A DNA stretch of 64,000 bases, from assembly GCA_030264375.1 (NCBI GenBank), contig JASCQW010000098.1, forward strand, positions 53,820,289 to 53,884,288, read 5' to 3'. Positions 41,313 through 53,552 of this stretch are shown here, piece after piece. This DNA is from Carcharhinus longimanus (Eukaryota). The notes below the pieces were generated by a model. The model was given only the letters and a program-made list of their open reading frames with translations, was not told the origin of the DNA and ran no database searches. The number at the start of each line of letters is the position of its first letter. Within the stretch, counting starts at the first letter, position 1. The translations under genes were made by a program, and so were the position numbers.

Positions 41313-44300
41313 GTCAATTGCTATTGTTTCTTTCCACTTCAGTCAATGCATGTGAAACCAATTATCCTGAAATCTCCAAAGCAAAGTTACATACTTTAGA
41401 GTGTGTGTATACTCTATTTTAATTTATTTGTAAAGCTCTCTAGTATTACATTTCTCTAATTTCTAAACACCTGCAAAGTGATTTGACTTTATTATATTCA
41501 TCATAATTTAGACTTTATATGGAATGACCAATATGCCATTGTCCCTTCACATGATCTTAAGAGATTTTATTTGAAGAGGGTTTGGGGGTGGGGGGAAGTC
41601 TTCTAGATCCTATATATTTTTACAGGGAGTGAAATCATCTGCCTCTACTTTTTTAAAAGCCCTAATGAAAGTACTCCAAATATTCCACTGTGTCAAAATC
41701 TGGGAACTTGAAGGGGCCAGGACCCATTGGTCTTACCATAATTAGATGCAGCAATTAACCTGAGGAATTTAAAGCTTTTGCACATTTTGTAATAAATGCG
41801 GAAGAATAATGTAACCAGAGGAAAAGGCCTTGTTTGAAAACTTGCAGATTACTCCTTGATACTACACTAGCTGCTGTAGTTGGATGAGACTGAAGAAAAA
41901 GCTCCACTGCTGGAACAAGTTCATAGTTACCTGTATAAAGGATTTGACAATATAGATTCGTTACCTATTGATTGTAAATAATCAATTCCTTCCATTCCAT
42001 TTGTGTAAAGAGAAAAAAAGCACACTGAAATAAAGAATTCAGTTGTATATTTAACAATATAAATAAGTACTCATGCTTATTAATGATTTTAAATATTAAA
42101 TTACCCTTTATTCACATAAAGACACTCATATATATATTTACATATATATATATATATATTGCTTTTGATCACGTTCATGTTTTTGTCAGATGTTGGCTGC
42201 ACAATTTCACATTGAACCTGCAAAACCTTAATTCAATAAAGCCACTTCTCTGTACATTATCCTATGCACATTTACTTCTGACGGCTGTAATGTACTGTTT
42301 GTTACTTGCCTGCCTTTCCTGTTCTTAAGTGTTTTGTTACAAAGGAGTTTCATTTAATAATCTACAGCTTGCACGGATGAATTTTATTGAGCAAAATGTT
42401 CAAATTTTATTTGTAAACTATTCGAAAATTAACACATGGTGCTTTCTTTGGACTTGATTCCCAGCAATAATTATTTTCTGATGCAAACACTTGATTGAAG
42501 AATAAAAAATTCTGAATCAATTGAAGAAACCAGGAACCAAAAACTGATGTTCTAAAAAGATCTTCAATTTTGTTTTCTGTTAACAGCAATCAGAGCAGAA
42601 ACATATCTGATAACAATGTAAAACTGGTGCGTTTTAAACAGTGTATTATTAGCTATTATGAATAGTCCAGCAGACTTCATACTGGAATAGAAGACCCATG
42701 CTAATTAAATTATTCTCTCACTTCAAATTTTAATTAGTGTTGTATACTATTCCAACATAAATCATGATGGGTCATTCAGTATAGCTTTAATAAAGTTTGT
42801 CTCAGCAAAATCCTCAGTTATATGGTGCAGTAATTATCCGCATGTTTAAAGCAACATTATCTTTTGTGGTTTGACCACAACCAGACTTTATTTTGAAATT
42901 GTAACAAATGAAAGCTGTAGCTCGGCTGTCTCAAAGGATCTGTGCAATTTGTGTAAAAGCCTTGGGTGTGAATGACACAATGTACTGTTTGTGGTACTGT
43001 AAATAAATATGGCAGCTGAATTCTCTAGTGCCAATCCCTTCATTTCTGACATACATGTCAAGGCAGGAATTTTGTCAACAGCTTGTCAATCCTGTCATAA
43101 CTGGAATTGTGTGCCACTTCCGTTTTCTCAATTTGTGCCCTTTCCCATGTGATTATAATTAAAGTTCTAAGTTCTAGTAGTGTGCATGCAAAACATGTTT
43201 GATTTAGCAGCAAGAAAACTTAGTACGGTGGGCTATAAAAGTGCTTCCTGCTGAAACAGCAAGGCTCGGCAGCACGACCAAAACTTTCCTGCCCATGTAC
43301 AGTGCCATTAAAATAAGACTTATTGAGAACACAAAGATACTTATTAAATTTAAATTTTAGTTGTGAATTTTAGACATTACATTAGATTTGCTTTATTCTT
43401 GTGTGCATCATTGTCATTGTCGAGATTACTAGGTCAGACTAAATGTACTGGCATGCCTCCTAGCACAGGTCAATGGTAAAGGGAAAATAGGGATATTCCC
43501 TTTATTATAGAAGGAACAATGTTGTGCTTTTGAGTTAATTCTTACTGGAGTGTTTATATCCACTATGGTATTCACCACTCTGTGGTACATGGCTGAACTT
43601 GCACATTTAGCTAGCCCTTCCTTCTATGCATTGTAAAGGAGATTACTCTCAGCTGGTCGAAATGTTGTAAATGAACCCAAATCCCTATAAGAACTCTGAG
43701 ATGGACACACAGTTGGACAGTGTTGACACCTGCCTATCGACCCCTCATTTTTTTTCCCACCACTCCCATTGATGTGATTTATTATTGTCACGTGTATTAG
43801 CATACAGTGAAAAGTATTGTTTCTTGCATGCTATATAGATGGAGCATACCATACATAGAGAAGGAAACGAGAGAGTGCAAAATATACTACCAGGCCTTTC
43901 ACATTTCACTCCTCCATCCACTCCTTACCTTCTGTCCTCCCCTGAATCTCTCCCATTCCTACATGTCTCTGGCCCCACTCCAGAAATCCCTCCATCCTCC
44001 AGCACTGAATCACCCTTGCTGGTACCAAGGCTCCGTACAAAAGTCCATTTTCCTACACCCCTTTGTGCCATAGAATTAAGCAAGCAAAGCCCCTGGCCTC
44101 TCTCACAACTGTGCAAAGCCAATAGTGCACACCACCTTTAAATGATCATGAACTGGATGCCATAAGATTCTCATATGCCACTGACATTGTCTTGCAGGTA
44201 AGACACAAATAAAGCAAGTTTTACACCATTCAATATTCAAGACATACAAATATATTCTAAGTCTGAAATTACCACAGGCAGACATCACACTCGACAACCC

Positions 44301-44452
44301 ACTGACTATCTCTGCAACTCAAACTGCCATCGAGCAAACAAAATTTCCAATGTCACCTAGTTAAGTTAGCCACACATTACTTTTCTAGCCTTTAAGTTCC
44401 ATAAAATCGCCCCATAAAAAAATCTTCAATCCTTACACTGTTGAGACTTTTC

Positions 44453-45340
44453 ATAGGAACATAGAAAATAGAAGCAGGAGTAGGCCATTCGACCCTTCGA
44501 GTCTACACTGCCATTCATTTTGATTATGACTGATCATCAAAATCAATATCCTGATCCCACCTTCCGTCCATATCCCTTGATCCCTTTAGCCCCAAGACTA
44601 TATGTAATCTCTTCGTGAAATCACACAATGTTTTGGCCTCAACTACTTTCTGTGGTAGTGAATTCCACAGATTCACCACTTTTTGGCTGAAGAAATGTCT
44701 CCTCACCTCATTCCTGAAAGGTTTACCCCTTATCCTCAAATTATGACTCCTCTTTCTGGATCCCCCCACCATCAAGAATATTCTTTCTGAATCTGCCCTG
44801 TCTAATCATGTTAGAATTTTCTAAGTTTCTTCTAAACTCCAATAAATACAATCCTAAGAGATTTAGTCTCTCCTCGTTTGATAGGAGTGCCATCCCAGAA
44901 ATCAGCCTGGTAATCTTTCATTGTACTCTCTCTATAGCCAGAACATCCTTCTCAGATGAGGACACCAAAACTGTACAGAATACTCCTGGTGTGGCGTCAC
45001 CAATGCCTGTACAGTTGCAGTAAGACATCCCTATTCCTGTACTCAAATCCTCTTGCTATGAAGGCCAACATACCACTTACCTTCTTTACTGCTTGCTGTA
45101 CCTACACACTTATTTTCAACTACTGATGCACGAGGACACCAAGGTCTTGCTGAGTATTCATCTCTTTCAATATACACCCATTCAAATAATAATCTGCCTT
45201 CCTATTTTTGCTACTGAAGCGGATAACCTCACATTTATCCATATTATACTGCATCAGCCATGCAGATGTCCACTCACTCAGCCTGTCCAAATCAAGCTGA
45301 AGCATCTCTGCATCCTCCTCACAGCTCACTCACCCAACTT
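44453..45340 (-). mobile_element. CR1 LINE 3' ~0.9 kb
   Basis: EDAEMLQLDLDRLSEW...MQYNMDKCEVIRF and FFSQKVVNLWNSLPQKVVEA; tail TTCTATGTTCCTATG. Confidence 0.9.
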
Positions 45341-48044
45341 TCAAGAATACTTATTTAGCAATTTAGCTTTGGAAAGGAAAACTTTCCCTCTAAATGAACA
45401 ATAATATGTCTGGACTGATTTTAAACCACCCCAAACCTGCAAGGGTACTTGAAATATGAATGATTTGACTTAATACTCCCTTCGTGCTGTAATTGCTCTG
45501 AGTGTCATTTTCAATACATTCAGGTGGCCAATGCTTCCGCCAGAACCAGACAATCACCTCATTGGGATCCTCTGGTGCAATTAGATGTAATGGATCAGAT
45601 GACCTGGCCAGTGTTTAACCCTCTTAATAAACCTTTGCTTGCTTTCAGGCATTCATTTACTGACTGAAAGCACTGTTTAAGGACAAATAGCTGATTGAGA
45701 TAGCGTGCTATTATACATTTCTAATAGATTTTTCAGCTTGGAATTTACTTGTTTCTTGTCACTCTTTTTGCCTTACTTCTGATTGAACTCTTGCAGTTAA
45801 TTATAGATGTTATTTTGCTTCATTGTTTCGAGGAGAAACAGCAGGAGTTAGAGGATCAGCAAAGAGCTGAGCAACCAAGGCAAGCAGTAGGTAGGCCTGT
45901 TAGAAGATAGCAAGTTAGGAGGCTGATAGCCACTACAGGCCATGAGTTACTTTCCTTGATGTGACTGAGGTGTACTGTGTTAGGAGACCCTTCTTCACCT
46001 TGCAGCCTGTATCTGCTCCATGCAGATTCCTGCAACAGCACCTAATGCCTGCAGGCCAAGATGGCCATGCTTTGCTGCTGGCTGTCAAATGGCTGCTGTT
46101 CTTAATGTTTTTGTGTCCAGCTCCATTCAAGCTGTTACAGCAGGGCATCACCCATCCCACCTGGTTAGAAATGCTAGCAAGAAAGCTATTAAACAGATCA
46201 TTATAAGTTAAAGATTTCATTTTGTAAATAATAAACAGCTTGGCAAAAATCTGTTGGCAATAGCTTTGCAAAATGACCAAAACTTGTAGCCAAGATTTTA
46301 ATGGCTGATACAGTCATAACAATACTTGCCAGTTCTTTGTTGATCCGTATGACCTTCTTAAGGCTGTGGAACATTTAACTACTGATACCACTGAAACAGC
46401 GAGTGCTTGGAATGCTGAGTAATGTACGTTCATGTGAACTGAGTGTAAAATTAATAGAATGTTGGACAAGTTAATAATGCAGCTGAGGGATGAAAGAGAG
46501 AGAAACTGTTAACAAGTCTTGGGGCTATTTATCCTCCAATGATCTCCTCAGTTGTAACATGGGACTGAACTTTATGTAGAGTTGCAGTGAGTCCAATTCG
46601 ATGAGGGGGCCACATTTTGTCAGCAATATCAAATCAAGCGACTGCCACTGGGACTGGCATCCTATCAAAGATGGTGACCCACCCTCAAGACCTATCAATC
46701 CAATCAAAGGAAAAGCAGCACAGCCGCACCACCAGGAGTGCACCTAGGTGATGGAAGATCTTTAATGGCCATGCATCCTCAAAGGCAAGTAAGTGGGGGC
46801 ACGGGTACTAATCAGGTAGATCCTGACAAAGGGATGGGAGTCAATGAGGGATGATAACACGATTGCCTTTAGTCATAGCTGCCCAGAGCCTTCCTGGGCT
46901 GAAGAGTGGTCAAAACATCACTCACCCCCTGGAGTCCACTCGTAGGCTACCAAGTCCGAATTGACAGTCTCCTCACTGTGGTGGAAGGTCTCTCACAACT
47001 GCTAAGAGGCTAGCAGAGGTAAGCAGAGACCCTGAGTCTATTTAAGTGACTCAGTTAGGCTCCAGGCTGGTAAGCAGGCTATCTGCCATCATTCCTGCTG
47101 GTGAAAAAGTGATGTTGTGGCAGGAAGATAACGGAGACAATGCCACTACCTTCCTACGCCATTTTGCCAGCCTTTCCATCTCCCAACTCAGCCCCCAGAG
47201 GATTGGTAGTGTTCAGCCCATGAGGTCTCCCACAGCCTTTGGATCAACATGTGTTGTCTGAAGGTTTCATATTCTCTGATAAATGTATAAGTAAAACATT
47301 CTGTGAGTGAGAAATGGGGCTCATTAGCACCCATATTTTGAATGTTATGAGTATTCTCATCAGATCTCAAATGGTGTCAATGGCACATGTGCATACTTTG
47401 GGTAAAATTGTGAAGGACATCCCATTGGTGTAGGCATTAGTGTTCAAAATTAAGGAAGCATGAAGAACAAGGAGATCAAGATGTCACTATGTCATTTTGG
47501 ACTTCAACAATCTATTCAACTTCCTCTTCTCACACAGTTGTACATGCCTTCAACAGCAGGATGGGCTCACCCCACCCCCATCAGAGTTACTTTTTAACAC
47601 ATTCACAATGAGTGCGAATTTCAAGTCTTTATGTCGCTCATCGCCGTGGTTGCCTACCTCTGGCGAGTCCACAGTCAAGAGACCGCTGATCTAAATTGAG
47701 GCCAGATTTATAAGGTCAAATTAAAGGGCAGCTAAGCTATGCTAATACCCCAAGATCTAATTGGACCTAATAAACCGGGTTGTCGATTACCCAGTGCACG
47801 AAACTCCACTGTCAAGAAAGGGAATAAATGATTGGGAGTGAAGGGGCAAGCCAAATTAGGGAAAGCCGAATTAGAAAAAGTAAATATTTAAATTTTAATG
47901 AAATAATAAAAATAAAATTAAAGATAAAAATCAAATTAAAATATTAAAACTAAAGGATTGTATGGGACCACAACATGCGGTGTGACCAGACAATCCAAAC
48001 TACAAATAGGCCAGCTTGCAGCATGCAATACAAACCAGCGAAAT

Positions 48045-48245
48045 GAATCAGTGTCAATTTAGTGTTGCCAATCAACTTAGGGAGCATGTCTTTGGGTTGT
48101 GGGAGGAAACCGGTATATCCTGAGGAAACCCATGCCAACACGAGGAGAATGTGCAAACTCCCACAGACTGTGATCTGAGCCGAAAGTTGGACCCAGGTCA
48201 CTGGGGTTGTGCAGCTACAGTGCTAATCACTGAGCTGTCCATGAC
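48045..48245 (-). mobile_element. V-SINE head plus V-domain embedded in the R2 3' UTR (no tail seen)
   Basis: Reverse AGCTCAGTGATTAGCACTGTAGCTG...CAGTCTGTGGGAGTTTGCACATTCTCCTCGTG...CCGGTTTCCTCCCAC. Confidence 0.8.
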
Positions 48246-51200
48246 ACAGTCCAATGCGGTACACCCATACGGACAAGGAGCACCAAGTGGCAACAGAAAA
48301 GCACACGCGCGCCGCGCCAAGGATTGGTGCAGATGCCGAAGACATCGCACCAACCGGGGGGGCTAGGCAGAAGCCACATGGGCGGAGGAGTACCGGCAGC
48401 ACCCCAACCCCAAGGGCAAACTGCAAAAACACCCCATAGTGTTATGTGCAACACAATGGTGAAGCCCTTCCAACAGCACAGGCATTGCGTGCATGACGTC
48501 CTGAAGCCACCAACGCACAACTGAATGCATGGGCACTCCTTGGTGGTGGCGTCCCCACACCAACCGAGCCAAGGGGGACCGAGATACCTAGGATGGAAAG
48601 GCATGTTATTTTCATGAGAAACAGACAAACAATTCTAATATAAAAGTAAAAAAATGGAGTCCACCATATAAGTTCATATGGTCTCCTAAGGCTTTAAGAG
48701 CTGAATAGTCAACAAGCGCAGAGGTAGAATGTTGATAGTAGAGATGTCTCTCACCTGTCATTGAAGATACCTAATAACTCCAACATTAATGACAAGGTGA
48801 GTCTTGAGATTTGTTGGGCAAATGATTGAAATTTATTAATCCCCAGGAATATCATAAGGCTGTTGTTCTTTTCGAGCCATTTGCCCCGGCACCCATTATA
48901 AATCCAAAGTATCGTATTTCCAGGCCTCCAGTTAACTTCATGATTTCAGGTCCCAGATGGTTGTACTTTTTGCATTTTTCTTCCCACGCCTTTTCTAACC
49001 TGTCAGTTATCTTCAAACCGATGGTCACGTCTACCACCGCAACATGCTGATCCTTACCTCTCTTGAAGATGATATCTGGCTTCCAGAGAGAGCCATCTTT
49101 GGCATTAAGTCGTGCTCTAGGAAGGATGTCCATCCGTATTTTCCAATAAACTTGTGCAGTTGACCCAAGATCTTATTGTGGTGTTTAATCCTGCAATTCT
49201 TCACGAATGGGCAAAAACTAGAAATGTGTCCCAGTGTTTCGATCCCTGCCTCACAGCGTCGGCGGGTTTTACTTGCAAGGGGTTTACCTCTCGTTAGGGT
49301 CACCCTCGTGGGATACAGATTGCATCTTAAAAGTAGGTTATTAATGAACGGATTGGATTTGAGCTGGAATGCAGCTTTAATCCAGCAATTGGATACCTTA
49401 TCATTGTTGTAATAACGGATTCCAACACCTTGGTATTGTAGCCGTCTTCATTTGTCAAATTCCCACTCCCTCCATCCTGCATACATGTTTGGTGGTTTCC
49501 TGGGACCCACCTCCTCCTCTCCAAGTATTGGCATTACCACCCTGATCATATCCATTGTCTCAGTAGTATCATTGTTACCTTCGCCAGCATTGGGCAGAAA
49601 ATCCTCTATTTCCCTCAGGGTGCTGAGAGACCTCAATTCTTGGACGTTGTCTCCAATGTTCTGCTCACAATACTGGAAGGAAGCACAAATGATTTGATCA
49701 GTGGAGGCAGATAATGATTCCCATTTACGAATAACAGCCGATGGAATCTGTATTTCAAGGTTGGGAATCCCCAAGCCTCCATTCCCCACACGGGAATAGA
49801 GGATGCCATCCGTTCTATTGGGGGGAAGGTGTAGGAAATGTTTGACGGCATTCTGGATGATTTGATCCAGTTTGATGAGTGTGTTCTGCGATGCCTCAGA
49901 GAGGATCAAATGAAAGTAGAGTCTCGGGATGACATGGACAGTTAAAATCTCAATGCATTGTCTTGGCCGGAGAGCTGTGGCTTGTAAGCTGGATATCCAG
50001 GCCTTCAATTTTTGCTCCCAAGCACGTTCCTCTACGCCTGCCCATGGGTCTATACAGGCACCCAAGTACTTTTCAGCTTCACCTGGGGGGATATAGGCGA
50101 TTACCTCCTTCCGGTTCTGCCAGTTTTTACAATGATTGTACAGGAAGTTCTTCCGCTTATCAGTAAAATGGAAGCCTTTTGTCTTGTTGATGTTAATAGA
50201 CAAATCTGGGAGATTGCAGAAGGATTGCAAGATCTTCAAGCTGCGTGCCATCCTGGTGTAAGAGTCACTCAAGAGGACAATGTCATCTGCAAAAGCTGGG
50301 GTCGAACAGTTTATTTTTGCTCCGTCTACAGTCATAAAGACACCAGAGTTGGCCTCTTCGGGACTGCAAATCAGCAAATCCATTGCAATATTGAACAGAA
50401 TGGGTGAGAGTGGGTCTCTTTGCTTTACACCCCTCTCTATACTTATTAGAGTGGTCTTGGACTTATCGCCCTCGATCACCATTGTATTGCCAGTGTAGAG
50501 ATCTTGAATGAGATCCACAAAGGCTTGTGGGAGTTTAATATGCTCTAATGCTTTAATAACAAGCTTATTACCAATTGAGTCGAACATCTTTGCCAAATCA
50601 ATAAAGACAACAGCCAGGTCCTTGTGTTTTTTTCAGTACCCTTTATGATGTTTTGCAACACAGTGATGTTCTCGTTGCAACCGGGTGTTGCTGCCAAAAA
50701 CCCCTTCTGTCTTGGGTTAATGTCAACAGTGTCACTCAACCTCTTGGCCATGATCTTTGTAACGAGGCATAGCAACATAGGATCAACAGTATTTGGGCGC
50801 CAGTTGTCAATGTTCTTGAGGCGCCCTTGATCCTCTCATTTGGGGATCAAAATGGTTCGACTCCATTTCATGCAATCTGGGATCATCTTTGATGTCAACC
50901 AGAGGATGAAGAGGCAAGGTATCCGGTTTTCATCCGCCTCATAAATATCACGGATGTCCTTGATTTTCTGACCATCCGGTCTGGGCGCACTGGCCTCTTT
51001 GATTCCCTTAATTGCCAGGGAAACCTCTTCAGCTCCAATTGGCACAATCAATTCCCCATTATCTGTTTTGCCCTTGTATATAGCGAATTTACTGATGTTG
51101 GATTCGTTATTTTTACTGGAGAGTTTCTCTCAAAAACTTTCCTCCTGCTCCATATTGGCAGTGGACATAATACGGCTGCGGGTGCCCCATGATCTGTTGA

Positions 51201-51657
51201 GCAAGTTGATGCCCATTGTTATTGTAGAGCAGTTGGGTAGCTCTGAAAATGGCTTTTCGTTTTGCCCATTGTTTCTTCGCTCCAGTGTTCACATCATTCT
51301 TGGACCTTCTTTTGTCCTTCTTATGCGCACTTACCTTAATGGGACCTTCCTTCTCCTGCCTGGTTCTTGCACCGTTCATTAGGAAGTTGGTGATGCTCTC
51401 CATTAAACCTTTCCCTGGGCACAACCATCAGGGTCTTTCATCGCGTTCAGGAACCTCTTGGCCCGTGTAACCTGATCCTCTACCTCCCTGTGTTTAGGGA
51501 TTAAGGCCGGGAGTTGGCTGACGAAGGCTGTACGCAGGATTGGGTTCATGATGTCTGCCTCATCCGGATCCTATTCTTGTTCAGAGTCCGGGGTTCTTCT
51601 ACAATAGCTGCCAATGCTGCAGCTTGTGCATTATTCTCCAACAACCTGCATTTATCG

Positions 51658-52097
51658 AAGAACAAAGAACAATACAGCTCAGGAAATAGGCCCTTCGGCC
51701 TTCCAAGCCTGCGCCGCTCCTAGGTCCAACTAGACCATTTGTTTGTGTCCCTCCATTCCCAGTCTGTTCATGTGGCTATCCAGGTAAGTCTTAAACAATC
51801 CCAGCGTGTCAGCCTCCACCACCCTGCTTGGCAGTGCATTCCAGGCCCCCACCACCCTCTGTGTAAAATACATCCCTCTGATATCTGANNNNNNNNTCAC
51901 CTTGAACCTGTGACCCCTCGTGATCGTCACCTCCGACCTGGGAAAAAGCTTCCCACTGTTCACCCTATCTATATCCTTCATAATCTTACACACCTCTATT
52001 AGGTCTCCCCTCATTCTCCGTCTTTCCAGGGAGAACAATCCCAGTTTACCCAATACCTCTTCATAGCTAAGACCCTCCATACCAGTCAACATCCTGG
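51658..52097 (-). mobile_element. 5'-truncated CR1 inserted into the R2 Myb domain
   Basis: TRMLTGMEGLSYEE..LGLFSLERRRMRGDLIEV..TRGHRFKV..FTQRVVGAWNALP; (GTTCTTT)n tail. 5-bp TSD TATCG (51653-57 and 52098-102). Excision restores KQISDKCRLL. Confidence 0.92.
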
Positions 52098-52814
52098 TAT
52101 CGGAGATTTGTTTTAGCCTTTTAGTTTTTAAGACCGTGCTGATCTCCTTATTGATGCTCTGGGACCCAGCAAATCTTACTTCTAGTTCTGCGAGGAGTGC
52201 TTCTTCCTCTTCAGACCAGACCATTGGCAACCTTCCCTGTTTGATCAGGGCCAGCAGTGCCTGCTTCAAATATTTGGTATTGTGAAGGACAGGATATCGA
52301 TGTCTTTCGAGCTGGGAGAGTCCACTTTCCGTTGTGAATGCAAGTTCACATGCGCTGCACTGATGTTGCCCGACAGTCGAAGGTAACCTCTCACCTTTAC
52401 ACTTCGGGTAGTGACAAGCGATAGAGTGGTACTCCCCAGATTTACCACATCGTGAGCATTTAGTTTGTATATTTTTGATGTTATGCACTGTCTTAAGGTG
52501 TTTTCTGAACGCTCCAACCATAGGAAGAACGGTATCGCAGGACTTACAGAATAAAGCATTGATAGGATAATGAATGACCACCTCCTTAACCTCAGTCCAG
52601 TCCTGAGATGGTTCAATGCTAACAGTCTCGATGAAGGTATATGTATTATTGGTACCCACATCGCTCGTAATGGCGATGTTTGCCAGAATTCCCGTTCCCG
52701 TATTCTGGGCTTGATAGGCCTTGTTGTAGAAGGTAAGTGTAGTTATTTCTACATCATCATCTGCTGGCTGTGTCGTCCACCCGCATTACCTTCCACTGTC
52801 GGGCAGGGCTAGGA

Positions 52815-53247
52815 GGCATCTCCTGCAACTACCTCAGCTGGAATGGGATTTGAACCCACACTTTTTGTGTTATTCTGAACCATTCATTAGTCCAGCTTCC
52901 CTTGTTCAGAATTATGGAGCATTATTAACACAATCACCATTTGCTGTGCAGATACATGGATTTGGGCCAGTATCTGTGGGAGTTTGCGCATTCTCCCCGT
53001 GCTTGCGTGGGTTTTTCCGGGTGCTCCGGTTTCCTCCCACCCCAAAGACGTGCTCTTAGGCTGATTGGTGTAACAAATTGTCCCTAAACTAGTCTCCCCT
53101 CAATCTGGATTCCGATGTGGAATGCCATAAGCGCAGACAAAGGTCATGGATGGAAGAGGGAACTCACAAAGTTAAAATGGCAGCGCGGGCTCATTGGGCC
53201 GAAGGGCCTGTTTCCCGTGCTGTGTTGTTCTTTGCTCTTTGTTCTTT
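52815..53247 (+). mobile_element. SINE insertion(s) in the R2 N-terminal region: V-SINE with (GTTCTTT)n CR1 tail, preceded by an antisense tRNA-like head fragment
   Basis: V-domain at ~52970-53090 with intact CpGs. Tail GGGCCGAAGGGCCTGTTTCCCGTGCTGTGTTGTTCTTT is nearly identical to 54195-54264. Minus-strand B-box GGTTCAAATCC at ~52846-52857. Confidence 0.75.
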
Positions 53248-53552
53248 GCCCAGGCAGGCTCTTCTACAATAGGTTCATTGTCATCAACTATTGTGGCGGC
53301 TGACTCTTTTGGTCTGGGGCCAGAGTGCACCACCCAATAGTGCCGGTAGCATGTATCCGGTCTCAAGACCGCCTTTCCGTTTGAGTGGAGACAGATCTTG
53401 TCATAGGCTTTGTGTAGCCTAGCTTTTAAATTGTTCCCAGAGAGCGGCTACATACTCGCCTGAGGGGTTGTCGTTAATTTGGGACACAACCCATCCAGAT
53501 TCCTCCTTTTCATGTGGGCTGTTCATTTATTCGGTGATTGTTGATGCCAAAC

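Larger units (their letters stand above)
48751..53526 (-). pseudogene. R2 ORF (ZnF x3 - Myb - RT - CCHC - restriction-like endonuclease), broken by stops, frameshifts and insertions
   Basis: Fingers: CKSC..HLKTVH, CSRC..CHYPKC, CSAC..GLSQLERHRY. Myb: WSEEEEALLAELE..INKEI..KQISD. RT: APRPDG, INPRQKGF, GVKQRDPLSPILFNI, AFADDIVL. C-terminus: RRCEAGIETLGHISSFC, KPDIIF..VVDVT..KCKKY. Stop after LLGIFNDR at 48751. Start codon is uncertain. Confidence 0.9.

Noticed and set aside
49448-50596. 382-aa ORF as an intact reverse transcriptase gene
   Set aside because: It is one segment of a frameshifted R2 ORF, and conserved motifs are mutated (e.g. GVKQRD for GVKQGD).
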